Part shown: piece by piece, positions 39,222 through 48,859 of the stretch
How the letters are laid out: the number at the start of each line of letters is the position of its first letter
Numbering within the stretch: position 1 is the stretch's first letter
NCBI GenBank assembly: GCA_965207075.1
Contig: CBDBLO010000002.1
Coordinates: forward strand, 672,001 to 736,000
Source: Nitrosopumilus sp.
GTDB taxonomy: Archaea > Thermoproteota > Nitrososphaeria > Nitrososphaerales > Nitrosopumilaceae
Direction of reading: 5' to 3'
Length of the DNA: 64,000 bases
Position numbers and translations under genes: made by a program
The notes under the pieces: model-generated
The model's database searches: none
What the model was told of the DNA's origin: nothing
The model's input: only the letters and a program-made list of their open reading frames with translations

Positions 39222-40067
39222 GTGTCCGACATGGTGATGATGAAGATCGGCCTTGACATCGGAACCGGCTTTGTAAAGTGCGTCTCCGACTACGGGGCGG
39301 TGCGCTTTCCGTCAATCTACGTGAGGCGCATACACGGGATGTGGACCGAAAAGGCGACGGAGGTAGTGGGCTCCCGGGCAAGCTTGCTGCTTGATACGAT
39401 GGGCGCCACTGCCATAAGCCCGATAACCCGGGGCAAGCCGGACTCCAGATACTACAAGCAGGTGGACATGCTCTTGGCCGAGGCGCTGCGCCAGATACAC
39501 AAGCTGGCAAAGGCCCCGGTCGATACGGACGCAAAGCTCCGCATCGTGGTCGGCTTGCCGTACCACGCGTTTGGCTACCGCGAGTCCATGACTCGAGTGA
39601 TACAAAAGGCGCTCAACGTGGAGACGTGCGCCGTGGTAGCCCAGGCATCTGGGACGCTGATGGACCTCGACCTTGAGAGCGCAATGGTGGTGTCCATCGG
39701 ACAGGGGACGACTGAAATAGTGGTGATAGACGACATGGAGGTGATAGACGGGGAGAGCTCCCGGTGGGCGTCAGACTTTGTGACGAAAAAGATAGGCAGG
39801 TACGCCCACCTCGATGTGGACCTGCTCCACAAGAACCAGGACGTGTGCCAGAGGTATGCAAGGGTAATGGCAGAGAACCTGTCCCGCGAGATACACGACA
39901 TGTCCGGGCAGTACGGCAACCGGTACACCATAGCGCTCTCGGGAGGCGGCCTGCTGCTTCCGGGCATGCAGGAGAGGCTGTCCGCCCGGCTAAAGGAGTT
40001 CAAGGTGGTGGTCCCAAACGATCCGGTCATGAGCAACGCGAACGGGCTCTACAAGCTCGTGGAATAG
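39222..40067 (+). CDS. ParM/StbA-like actin-fold ATPase
   Basis: IGLDIGTGFVK, VGLP, VSIGQGTTE, LSGGG, NANG. Confidence 0.85.
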   Translation: MSDMVMMKIGLDIGTGFVKCVSDYGAVRFPSIYVRRIHGMWTEKATEVVGSRASLLLDTMGATAISPITRGKPDSRYYKQVDMLLAEALRQIHKLAKAPVDTDAKLRIVVGLPYHAFGYRESMTRVIQKALNVETCAVVAQASGTLMDLDLESAMVVSIGQGTTEIVVIDDMEVIDGESSRWASDFVTKKIGRYAHLDVDLLHKNQDVCQRYARVMAENLSREIHDMSGQYGNRYTIALSGGGLLLPGMQERLSARLKEFKVVVPNDPVMSNANGLYKLVE

Positions 40068-40574
40068 CCTGCCGCTGCGGGGTTTTCGGGTTTTGCGGGG
40101 CGCAGTATGGCCTCGTCTGCCCTGCTTTGCAGCTGGGACGGAATTTTTCTGTAGCTGGTGACATAGGCCGGTCCGCTCTGTGTGCCACATGTCATTAGGG
40201 CCTGTAAAGATCTTCTGTCAGTGATCGGGGGGTTCAAATGACTTGGACGTGTCCTTTCCAGACCCATGCTGCTCTATTGCATACCCTTCGTTTGGCTACA
40301 GGCTGTCGACTGGTGCCTGCTCTGTCTCTGACATGCGTTACAGCATTTCAAATTGTTTCTAAAACTATCTCCGGCGAGTCAGTTCTGTGCATTTTCCCTT
40401 CTCTCCACCAATCCCGATCTGGACACAAATGGAGAATGTAGGCGGAATTGCAATCTCGGTACTGTTGCGAATACGTGACATAGGCACGGCGCGATCTTCT
40501 CCGAAACGACCTTGATCCGCTTCTGCTCCGGTGGGCTGACCACAATTTATAACGTTGGGTTCGGCGGCGTGATC

Positions 40575-41639
40575 GTGGATGACATCGCCGACATAGACGC
40601 GCTTCTCAGGCTCAACGTGGGGGACGCGGGAAGGCTCAACTACATGAAGTCCAAGCTTGAGGGCGGCGGCACGCTGTACAGTTCGGACAGGACGTACCTT
40701 GAACGCCTGAAGGACGGCCTTGCGGGCGCGCCCGCCGAAGCGCCCGCCGAAGCGCCCGCCGAAGCGCCCGCCGAAGCGCCCGCCGAAGCGCCCGCCGAAG
40801 CGCCCGCCGAAGCGCCCGCCGAAGCGCCCGCCGAAGCGCCCGCCGAAGCGCCCGCCGAAGCGCCCGCCGAAGCGCCCGCCGAAGCGCCCGCCGAAGCGCC
40901 CGCCGAAGCGCCCGCCGAAGCGCCCGCCGAAGCGCCCGCCGAAGCGCCCGCCGAAGCGCCCGCCGAAGCGCCCGCCGAAGCGCCCGCCGAAGCGCCCGCC
41001 GAAGCGCCCGCTGCCTCCAAGGAGCGGGAGGTCATAATCGTAAACAAGGCGCCGCAGTCGAGCGCGGCGTGGTATCTCTTGCCCGTATTCTTCCTGATCG
41101 TGGGCGGCCTCATATCGTACCTGTGCCTCCGAAAGCAGGACCCGCCGAGGGCGCGCAAGTCGCTGATAGTGGGGGTCGTCCTGACTGCAATACCACTCAT
41201 GTTGCTCGGTGCAATGTACGGGGCCGTGGAGGACGAAATCATAGGCGAGGACGTGCACGTGCCCAACCTGACCGACGAGCAGATCAAGCAGATGGCCGTC
41301 GCCATCCCGTACGATTCGCTCATGGAGGAGCCGAAAGAACACGCGGGCAAGATAATCAAGTACGGGGGGAACGTGTTCCAAGTACAGGACAGGTTAAACT
41401 CACACGTGATGCTCGTCTCCCCCGACTTGCCGTCAGGCAACATCTGGTCCAACTTTGAAGCGGACACCAGCGCCAAGAAGCAGCTACTTGATGAACTCAA
41501 ACGAGACGTACCCAGCGCTGACGTGAGTGTGTGGGGCAAGTTCACGGGGCTACGGGATTATGACACGTGGCTTGGGGGCACAAACACCGTGCCCGAAGTG
41601 GATGTTTACATTTTGGAGAAGATCGTCATTCTAGACTAG
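40575..41639 (+). CDS. Membrane protein with APAE linker and C-terminal OB-fold-like domain
   Basis: TTTATA at about 40546. N-terminal LNVGDAGRL..LYSSDRTYL domain, 2 TMs, YDSLMEEPKEHAGKIIKYGGNVFQV. Confidence 0.8.
   Translation: MDDIADIDALLRLNVGDAGRLNYMKSKLEGGGTLYSSDRTYLERLKDGLAGAPAEAPAEAPAEAPAEAPAEAPAEAPAEAPAEAPAEAPAEAPAEAPAEAPAEAPAEAPAEAPAEAPAEAPAEAPAEAPAEAPAEAPAEAPAEAPAASKEREVIIVNKAPQSSAAWYLLPVFFLIVGGLISYLCLRKQDPPRARKSLIVGVVLTAIPLMLLGAMYGAVEDEIIGEDVHVPNLTDEQIKQMAVAIPYDSLMEEPKEHAGKIIKYGGNVFQVQDRLNSHVMLVSPDLPSGNIWSNFEADTSAKKQLLDELKRDVPSADVSVWGKFTGLRDYDTWLGGTNTVPEVDVYILEKIVILD
40728..41003 (+). repeat. Perfect 12-bp tandem repeat (GCGCCCGCCGAA)x23 encoding APAE
   Basis: Read directly from the sequence. 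Confidence 0.95.
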
Positions 41640-42158
41640 GGCTTACGTGGAATTTGAGCACACAAGAAAAGTACTGTACTTTGGTTTTTTGACGACTGTA
41701 AGAGATCAAATATTTGGCATTATCGTACCGCATACGGTAACTCCTGCCGTACACTACCGTTAAGCGCGCATTTAAATTACGGTACGTCCAATACATGCTA
41801 CCGTCTTCGCGTTAGGTCAAGGTATGATGCGGAACATTGGTGCAAACACGGTTCCGCCGCGAATCAGTGATGTGCGGGGGGACGTATTCATCATTGCATC
41901 TTTACTCTGTTCAACCGATTGTAACCCTCCGACAAAGTTATATCTAACTCCTCTCCAAGGACTTAGAGAGGTGCAGGTAGCACCTAGCAACCTGATTGGG
42001 AAGTCAGGAATAGTAAATTTTTGAGGGTATTATTCAGATGGTTGCAAAAATCGCCGCTCTATATAGAGGTGAAAATATGTCCATTATATGTAAGACTGTT
42101 GCGTGTATTAGACGACTATTCGGCAAATGAGTAGAGGCCCATTTTGGGTGCTGTTTCC

Positions 42159-42226
42159 GGTACTGGTATGAATTCGGTATATAGTCATCGGTTCGGCACC
42201 CTCTGGTTCGTGGCTATCAGGTAGAG
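42159..42226. repeat. Degenerate internal IS6-type end, homologous to 7206-7273
   Basis: GGTACTGGTATGAATTCGGTATATAGTCATCGGTTCGGCACCCTCTGG versus AGTTCTATTGCGAATTCGTGATATAGTCATCGCTTCGGTATCCTCTGG. Confidence 0.7.
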
Positions 42227-42388
42227 GCTGGCATATCATCCCGCCCCCTACCGCGACCCCGCGATGATTCATCTCCAAGTTTCTCAGGAAGTGTCAGATG
42301 ATGTCTAGCCGTGCCTAGATTCTATATCACGAATTCGCAACAGTACCGCAATCTCGAGGGCTTAAAAGGAAACCGTCGTCCTGACTGC

Positions 42389-43642
42389 ATGCCGAGGTGG
42401 CGCATCTCAAACAGAAAGGCGCCCAGGGGGCAGCTGGCAGACGTCAGAAAGATCATATGCGGCCCCGAGAGGCCGTCCGCCCGCTCGGTGATTGTGCCGA
42501 TAGAGTCGGACCTGAAGGGGGCGTCAAGCGTCGCCGGTGGATTGGCAGGGGAACAGGTACGGAGCTTTGAGATGTGGTGGGACGCGGCAGAGTCCAAGCT
42601 CCGGTTTGTCATCATATCAGACGAGAGGGACGCGGACGACTTTGAGCGGGCGTTCCAAGTCATGTATCCGAATGCGGCGTTCGATGACATGCGCGAGACG
42701 GTCCCCGCGTGGTTTGAGCGCGGGTCCGCGTGCCGCGTGTTTGACGTGGGGACGCGCCACGGCCACTATGCGGCGGTCTTTGACGAGCCGGGCGGCGGCG
42801 GAGGTGGGGAGCACAGCCTCATCACCCGGATGGCGAGCGCCGTCCAGTCGGCCAGCCACGCGTGGATCCAGTTCGTGTTTGCGCGGCTTGACTGCACGGC
42901 GTTTCTCCGCACGCACATGTCGCGCCTGGACAGCCGGTTCATGGAGATAAACCGCGGCAACTACACGTCGCTGGGGGACGAGATTACGGGGAAAAAGCCG
43001 CGCGAACACCCGGAGCTCGGGTACGACCTTACAAGCAACTACAAGGGCCTCAAAAAGCACGTTATAGCAAAGATGCAGGGCGCGCACTTGGTAATGAGCA
43101 TAAGGGGGCTGGTACAGGGCGACGGCGAACAAGACGTCGACCTCCCGTTTGACAATGTCTCGGCGCTGTCGGTGGACGGCATCGATTCCACATACGAGCA
43201 CCTGGCAAAGTTCCGCTACGGATATGACAGGTTCTGCTCCGATGCAAAAAAGTCGCAGATCAGGGTGCCCGGGCCGCGCGGCGCGCGCGACCACAGGGTG
43301 TGCATGTTCGAGTCAAGGCATCTGCCGGATCCCGACCAGTTCTTTGGCCGCGCCATATCGCAGTATTTTGACAAGGGGTGGTGGGGACTCCGCGGGTACC
43401 AGACCAGGAGGCCCCTGCCGTTTTTGATCCTGAACCCGGCGGAAATACCGCTGTTCGTGCACCTGCCCGACCCGGCCACGCCCAACGTGGAGACCACGCG
43501 CGGAGTGCGCCTCCCCTCAAAGCCGTCTGAAAAGACGGGTGCGGGCATAGGCTTTTTCGACTCGCTGGACGATCCCGGCCCGCAGCCCGGCCCTGCACCC
43601 GGAGACGCGGGGCGGGAACCTGCGGATGATGGTGGCGCTTGA
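42389..43642 (+). CDS. Hypothetical protein coupled to the VirD4-like gene
   Basis: TTAAAA at about 42362, ATG at 42389. Ends with an ILNPAEIPLFVHLP motif and overlaps the next gene. Confidence 0.75.
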   Translation: MPRWRISNRKAPRGQLADVRKIICGPERPSARSVIVPIESDLKGASSVAGGLAGEQVRSFEMWWDAAESKLRFVIISDERDADDFERAFQVMYPNAAFDDMRETVPAWFERGSACRVFDVGTRHGHYAAVFDEPGGGGGGEHSLITRMASAVQSASHAWIQFVFARLDCTAFLRTHMSRLDSRFMEINRGNYTSLGDEITGKKPREHPELGYDLTSNYKGLKKHVIAKMQGAHLVMSIRGLVQGDGEQDVDLPFDNVSALSVDGIDSTYEHLAKFRYGYDRFCSDAKKSQIRVPGPRGARDHRVCMFESRHLPDPDQFFGRAISQYFDKGWWGLRGYQTRRPLPFLILNPAEIPLFVHLPDPATPNVETTRGVRLPSKPSEKTGAGIGFFDSLDDPGPQPGPAPGDAGREPADDGGA

Positions 43643-45606
43643 CTGCAGTCCGGACGGGGGACAGGAGGCGCCAGTGGGGCGAGATGGCCAAGTCCAAGGA
43701 CGCGGGCGCCGCGGTCATATCCCCCACCGACTTTGCAAACCACCTATACGTGGTGGGCGCGTCCGGCTCCGGCAAGACCTCGCTGATCCGCCTGCTTGCA
43801 AAGCACTTGGAGGCGTGGAACCTCAACGGCACATTCCAGAACGCGTTCATCTATGTGGACCCAAAGGGGGACGATTCCCATAAGTTTGTCAGGCAGTGCA
43901 GCCCCGACACGGTCGGGCGCGGTTCAGTGCACTTTCTGGACCCCCAAAAGACAAAGTTCTCGATCAACCCTCTGGAGCTACCCGCATACCAGGAGAACGA
44001 GCGCGAGGAATTAGTGTCCAGGTACGTCGGCTATTTCATGAAGACCATAGAGGAATGGTACCAGCAGTCGGCCACGTTCGTGCAGATGGAGCGCATATTC
44101 CGCGCCCTGCTGTTCTACGTGTACATGAAGCACGACTCCCCTACCTTCCTTGACATACACGACATGATACTAAAGATGCAGGAGAGCGGGCACGATGCCC
44201 TGCCGCAGATAGCAAGCACGTTCGGGACCCCGAACCGGGAGATGGAGCAGGCTTTGCTGAGCATAGCGGCGCTCAAGGGCGACGCGTTCGTCCCGCTGCT
44301 GAACCGCATCGAGCAGTTCGCGACCGACCCCGTGCTCAAGAGGATGTTTTCAGTCAGGAAGGGCACCGTGAACTTTGGGGAGCTGATCAAGCCCGGCACG
44401 TATACAGTGGTGCGCATATCGCCCCTGAACATGCCCCACCACGTGCAGCCGCTGGCGATGCAGGCGTTCATACTAAAGCTGTGGTTTGCCATCCAGGAGC
44501 GCGCAAACCTCCTGCTGGGTGAGGAGAGGACGCAGGTGGTGCTGGCGCTCGACGAGTTCCAGATTGTAAAGGACCTGCAGGTGCTCCAGCTCATGCTCGA
44601 GCAGGCCAGGTCGCTGGGGCTGGGGCTGATACTGTCGCACCAGACCACCGAGCAGATAAGCGACACGCAGCTCGGATTGATCACGGGGAACTCGGGGACG
44701 CAGCTAGTGGGCAAGGTAAACGGCAAGGACGCCACCAGGATGGCACAGATCTGGGATCCGCAGTTCAAGGGGGAGCTGACCCGGCTGCTTGCAAGCCAGG
44801 AATACTTTCACTGGTCCATACGGGAAAAGGCGCCTCCCGGAAAGGAGCAGCCGCTGCCCGTCCAGTTCTGGCTGGGCGCGCCGCCCGCCCTGCAGGTGTC
44901 AGCCGCCGCGTACGACGCGTTTCTGGCGGCCCAGCTTGCAAAGTACGGCCGCGGCACGGTGGAGGATACGATGGTCAGGCAGACGATCGCGGCCCGCAAC
45001 AAGTGGCTTGAGAGCATAACGGTACGGTTCCCGGCGCGCATGGAGTGGAGGATAATGGTCATGCTGCTCAGGAGGCCCCTCCAGCAGATGGAGATGGTCT
45101 CGGAGCTGCCGGTCTCAAACAGGTCCGAGGTGCTCGACATCCTCAAAAAGATGCAGGCAGACAGGCTTGTCAGAAAGACCGATCCCGGGAACCGCCTCTC
45201 AAAGTACGACCTGACGCAGGACGCCAGATCCGCGTACTTTGAGCCCAGGTTCGACGAGGTCGGCTCCGCAGCCGAGATCGAGGGCCTGACGCGGCGCGTG
45301 TTCAACGGCTATCTGAAGAAAGGGATGTTCGTCGCCGTGGCCTCGCAAAAGGTGACAAAGGGGCGCGACAGGACCGACCTGGTGGCGTACGACTACGAGG
45401 ATGACACCCCCATAAGCGTGGAGATCGAGTCGGTGGTCGAGGTGCAGAGCCACCCGGAGCACGTGCGGTACAACATGGTAAAGTGGAGGGAGATGGGGTT
45501 CGGGCAGTGTCACGTGTGGTCCAAGAGCCCCAAACTGCAGCAGATCTACGACCGGCTTTCGGACGGGGAAAAACGCGACGTCCAGATCAGGGTCATTTCA
45601 GCCTGA
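43639..45606 (+). CDS. VirD4/TraD-like coupling ATPase with C-terminal wHTH and nuclease-like domains
   Basis: GASGSGKT, VDPKGD, INPL, LDEFQ, ARSLGLGLILSHQ. C-terminal DLVAYD...VEIE. Confidence 0.85.
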   Translation: MTAVRTGDRRRQWGEMAKSKDAGAAVISPTDFANHLYVVGASGSGKTSLIRLLAKHLEAWNLNGTFQNAFIYVDPKGDDSHKFVRQCSPDTVGRGSVHFLDPQKTKFSINPLELPAYQENEREELVSRYVGYFMKTIEEWYQQSATFVQMERIFRALLFYVYMKHDSPTFLDIHDMILKMQESGHDALPQIASTFGTPNREMEQALLSIAALKGDAFVPLLNRIEQFATDPVLKRMFSVRKGTVNFGELIKPGTYTVVRISPLNMPHHVQPLAMQAFILKLWFAIQERANLLLGEERTQVVLALDEFQIVKDLQVLQLMLEQARSLGLGLILSHQTTEQISDTQLGLITGNSGTQLVGKVNGKDATRMAQIWDPQFKGELTRLLASQEYFHWSIREKAPPGKEQPLPVQFWLGAPPALQVSAAAYDAFLAAQLAKYGRGTVEDTMVRQTIAARNKWLESITVRFPARMEWRIMVMLLRRPLQQMEMVSELPVSNRSEVLDILKKMQADRLVRKTDPGNRLSKYDLTQDARSAYFEPRFDEVGSAAEIEGLTRRVFNGYLKKGMFVAVASQKVTKGRDRTDLVAYDYEDDTPISVEIESVVEVQSHPEHVRYNMVKWREMGFGQCHVWSKSPKLQQIYDRLSDGEKRDVQIRVISA

Positions 45607-45904
45607 GGCGTTCCAGCTTGCTCCTCCCGGGCGCCGCGCCTCCGCGCCCCTTGGACTTTTCGGACCTGCCCTTGGCGATCATCTCCGTTACGGCCGTCTC
45701 GTACTCGTCCGAGCCTGTGGGGCCCGGGGCGCCGCCGCCCGCGACGGCGCCAGTGGGCGTGATTATGATCTCCCCGTTTCGGAATGTAAGCCTGACACCC
45801 TGTCCCCTGTGAAGCTTTGCCCTCTTTACCATGGCCCGCGGGATCGTCAGGAGGAACGATCCGTGACTCTGCTGTAACCTGCGCTCGAACACCTGCTCCT
45901 CCAT
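45593..45904 (-). CDS. AbrB/MazE-family DNA-binding protein
   Basis: RRLQQSHGSFLLTIPRAMVKRAKLHRGQGV...IIITP. Confidence 0.85.
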   Translation of the reverse strand: MEEQVFERRLQQSHGSFLLTIPRAMVKRAKLHRGQGVRLTFRNGEIIITPTGAVAGGGAPGPTGSDEYETAVTEMIAKGRSEKSKGRGGAAPGRSKLERLRLK

Positions 45905-45932
45905 AACATCGTGTACGCCATATTCATTTAAG

Positions 45933-46087
45933 GCGTGGAAAGCGTGGAAAGCACGTTTTTGCCACGCGTGGAAAGCGTGGAAAGCACGTTTTTGCCACGC
46001 GTGGAAAGCGTGGAAAGCACGTTTTTGCCACGCGTGGAAAGCGTGGAAAGCACGTTTTTGCCACGCGTGGAAAGCGTGGAAAGCACG
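45933..46087. repeat. 33-bp tandem repeat, about 4.7 copies (GCGTGGAAAGCGTGGAAAGCACGTTTTTGCCAC)
   Basis: Read directly. Lies immediately upstream of the AbrB gene promoter. Confidence 0.95.
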
Positions 46088-46613
46088 CCCCTGTTTTGCG
46101 GGTACGTGTAGAATATCCCACTCGCATATTGGCCTGTCACCTCAACGACAACCGCCGCCCCGTCTCGGATGTCCGCCCCCCTCGTCGGTTCCCTCCGAGG
46201 GGGGCTCTATTGTCTCCCTCCGCCGCAGGCGCCCCATATCCAACTGATAATTTCGCAGGCAGCGCACAACCCTCAATCTTTCGAGACGCGCGGTTGCCGT
46301 CCAGCGCCCCCGCGCGCCAACTGTTTGCAGGCAGGTCAGAACACATACCCCGCCAACCCATTTCGCGCCCGCGGCGCGCCACCGGTATGTCGCGCCGTCA
46401 TTTCACGTCATCCCGAAGCGGCCCAGATGTCACATTTTGGCCGGTTTCCAGTTGGCTCAAACTCGTCCGGCAACCACAGACCGCAGCACAGGCACTCTCG
46501 CTGTCCATGATTATTGATTCGCAGTCAAGTCTGTCGCGTTCTCACAAGGTGTTTCTGGCACATCCGGCGGCCTGTCCGGACTCCACCCGGAACCCGGCAT
46601 TTGCCCATCTTGT

Positions 46614-46697
46614 GGGCTTGGTCGGCTCCGCCGACTTGGGGGGCTCCAGGCACGGGCTTGGTCGGCTCCGCCGACTTGGGGGGCTCCAGGCACGGGC
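46614..46697. repeat. 40-bp tandem duplication containing hairpin GTCGGC-TCC-GCCGAC
   Basis: Read directly from the sequence. Confidence 0.9.
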
Positions 46698-46727
46698 ATC
46701 TTCATTGTCGTCGACTTTGTCGACTTT

Positions 46728-46830
<103 letters not shown>

Positions 46831-46912
46831 TCAAGAGTCTACCATGTTGTCGACAAAGTTGTCGACTTTGTCGACTTGAATCTACCAAGGTCGGCTTTTC
46901 CACGGTTGAGTC

Positions 46913-47206
46913 TTATTCCCCGATTGTGTGTCGATAGGGGACTAAGTTGTTCGCGCAGTACATCCACAGGCCTGGGATAACGCGCCCGTCATCGTCATTC
47001 TGATTCAGCGACAACTGACCCCGCTCTACGAGGAACTGTACGAACCGCACGAACGTGTCGTTGTCGATGGCGCCCTCGATCCACCACCCGGCGCTGATCT
47101 TCACCCACACCGACATGGGAGCCCGGTCGGCGGCGGGTTCGGAAACGGCCGCGGGCCGCGCGTCTACGGTCGGCAGCATCGCGTTTGCGCCATACTCATC
47201 GCCCAC
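46913..47206 (-). CDS. Stand-alone or fragmentary thaumarchaeal surface-protein C-terminal domain
   Basis: WVKISAGWWIEGAIDNDTFVRFVQFLVERG matches the WxKxxAGWWxxGxIxDxxF pattern. Confidence 0.6.
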   Translation of the reverse strand: MGDEYGANAMLPTVDARPAAVSEPAADRAPMSVWVKISAGWWIEGAIDNDTFVRFVQFLVERGQLSLNQNDDDGRVIPGLWMYCANNLVPYRHTIGE

Positions 47207-47410
47207 ATCACCGCCTTGCGCACAATAGTCGGAATCTTCGTATCAGCACCCAGCTTCATACCGCACGGCGCACTCTGGTTTCAACCAACCACAAGATCCC
47301 TAGAGTCCGCGCGCCGCGCAGCGCAAACAAAGTTACTTTGGATGGTTCGCCCACAATCCGCTGGGATCCGCAACGTAGCGCCCTAGCGGCCGTCTGGCAA
47401 CGACGGCTTG

Positions 47411-47797
47411 TCAGATCGCCCTGGAGGGGGGCGGCGCAATCTTGCTGGCAGCCAGGACCTCCCTGACATCGGGGATCTCCCACGCGTACTGTATGTGGAC
47501 GCACATGTGTTCGTCGCAGTACTCGCACCACGCCCTCGTGTCGCGGAAATACACGGACAGGATCCTGCCCGCGCGCCCAAGCCTGTTGTCAAGTATCTTT
47601 ACGTGGTCGTCGTACATGTTGATGTGCTCAAACCTCTTCTTCTCCAGTTTCTCGAGCTTTTCGCGCAGCGCCAAATCCACGAACTGGGACATGTTGGTTA
47701 TCCCTTCCCCCCTTACCGCATCAGTCTGCAGCATCTTCTCGACCTCGTCCATCATCACTTTTTTCACGTTGACCGTCTTCCAGTCCCCCTTTCCCAT
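47411..47797 (-). CDS. RHH regulator with C-terminal SWIM-like zinc finger
   Basis: WKTVNVK...ITNMSQFVDLALREKLE and CEYCDEHMCVH. Confidence 0.85.
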   Translation of the reverse strand: MGKGDWKTVNVKKVMMDEVEKMLQTDAVRGEGITNMSQFVDLALREKLEKLEKKRFEHINMYDDHVKILDNRLGRAGRILSVYFRDTRAWCEYCDEHMCVHIQYAWEIPDVREVLAASKIAPPPSRAI

Positions 47798-48003
47798 ATG
47801 ATATTATTGTTATATGTTATTATTATTCTTTATGTTGACACATGAACCGCTACTAGCGGGCAGCCTCGCCACACACGCTGGCCGCACGCCCCCAAGAGCA
47901 GCAATCCGGAATGCGCATACGTGCCGGAACGGCGGCCGCCTGCCCCTTCTTACAACATATTTATCATAAAGGATAAATACAAAATTGACCATAGCGTTGT
48001 TGC

Positions 48004-48159
48004 ATGAAGAAATGGGGGACGGTCCAGGTCAGGGCGACGGTTCTTGAGAGGATCGCCTGCCATCTGAACGACAGGACGGAACCCTCGATAACGAACACGG
48101 CGCAGTTTGTGGATATGGCGCTGCGCGAGAAACTGGAGGCGCACGGAGGGGGAGTCTGA
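48004..48159 (+). CDS. 51-aa RHH protein (not in the ORF track)
   Basis: MKKWGTVQVRATVLERIACHLNDRTEPSITNTAQFVDMALREKLEAHGGGV*. Confidence 0.8.
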   Translation: MKKWGTVQVRATVLERIACHLNDRTEPSITNTAQFVDMALREKLEAHGGGV

Positions 48160-48160
48160 A

Positions 48161-48472
48161 ATGAGCGGTTTTGGCAATTATGATGATGACAACGGCGCCG
48201 ACAAGCCGGGGAGGTGTAGTGCAGGCCGCGGTTCCCGTGATGCCGGGGCCGCGGGCCCGGCCGCCGGGCCGGGGGAGTGGTGGCGCGGGCCCGGCGGTTG
48301 CGGCCACCACATCATGCTGGCGTGCGCGGCGCGAAGGGAGGTGCGAGGCCTCGACGCGATGTTCTCCCCGCCGGGAACCATGTATACTTACAACAGCGAC
48401 CGCGGCTTGTCGGGAACTAGAGTGCGCTGCAGGCGGGACGATGACGGTGACGGGGAGGCGCGCATACGGTAA
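48161..48472 (+). CDS. Hypothetical protein
   Basis: Abuts the upstream stop and the downstream start in an operon-like arrangement. Confidence 0.4.
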   Translation: MSGFGNYDDDNGADKPGRCSAGRGSRDAGAAGPAAGPGEWWRGPGGCGHHIMLACAARREVRGLDAMFSPPGTMYTYNSDRGLSGTRVRCRRDDDGDGEARIR

Positions 48473-48657
48473 TGCCCTGTCGCGGAACATGCGACCGCAT
48501 CCGGGTGAGCAAGCCGGGCAGGCTGAGGCGGTACGAGGCGGGCCAGGTGCGCTGCCAGCAGTGCGGCGTCTGGATGGTCAGGGACGAGCCCGCGTGTCCG
48601 TGCTGCGGCCTGCGGCTGCGGCGGCGGGCCAGGCGCGGCAGTGTGCATCGGCAGTAG
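48472..48657 (+). CDS. Small thaumarchaeal-type zinc-ribbon protein
   Basis: CRGTC...RYEAGQVRCQQC...CPCCGLRLR. Confidence 0.8.
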   Translation: MPCRGTCDRIRVSKPGRLRRYEAGQVRCQQCGVWMVRDEPACPCCGLRLRRRARRGSVHRQ

Positions 48658-48859
48658 CGGCGCGTACCATGCTCAAAAGCAATTGCGGGGGGTGGTGACA
48701 GCGGCGGTGGTGGAGATGACAACGGTACGTAAAAGAAACAGGCGGTGTATACACGGGCACGCGGGCCGCGCGGGCTTGCCGGCGACTGCAGGCGGCGGAA
48801 GGGCCGGACGGTTACGCCCGTCCCTCCTTGCCGGGAAGCGGGGCCAGAAGTGTGCGGGC

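Larger units (their letters stand above)
40458..42347. mobile_element. Non-autonomous IS6-family cargo element
   Basis: TIRs GGTACTGTTGCGAATACGTGA and (reverse complement) GGTACTGTTGCGAATTCGTGA. 8-bp TSD GCAATCTC at 40450-40457 and 42348-42355. No transposase inside. Confidence 0.92.

Noticed and set aside
40365-41545. Antisense or alternate-frame GGRF, ASAG and PPKR repeat proteins
   Set aside because: They are shadows of the 12-bp repeat. Only the APAE frame has sensible flanking domains.
45933-46087. Possible CRISPR array
   Set aside because: The units are contiguous and identical with no unique spacers, and no cas genes are present.
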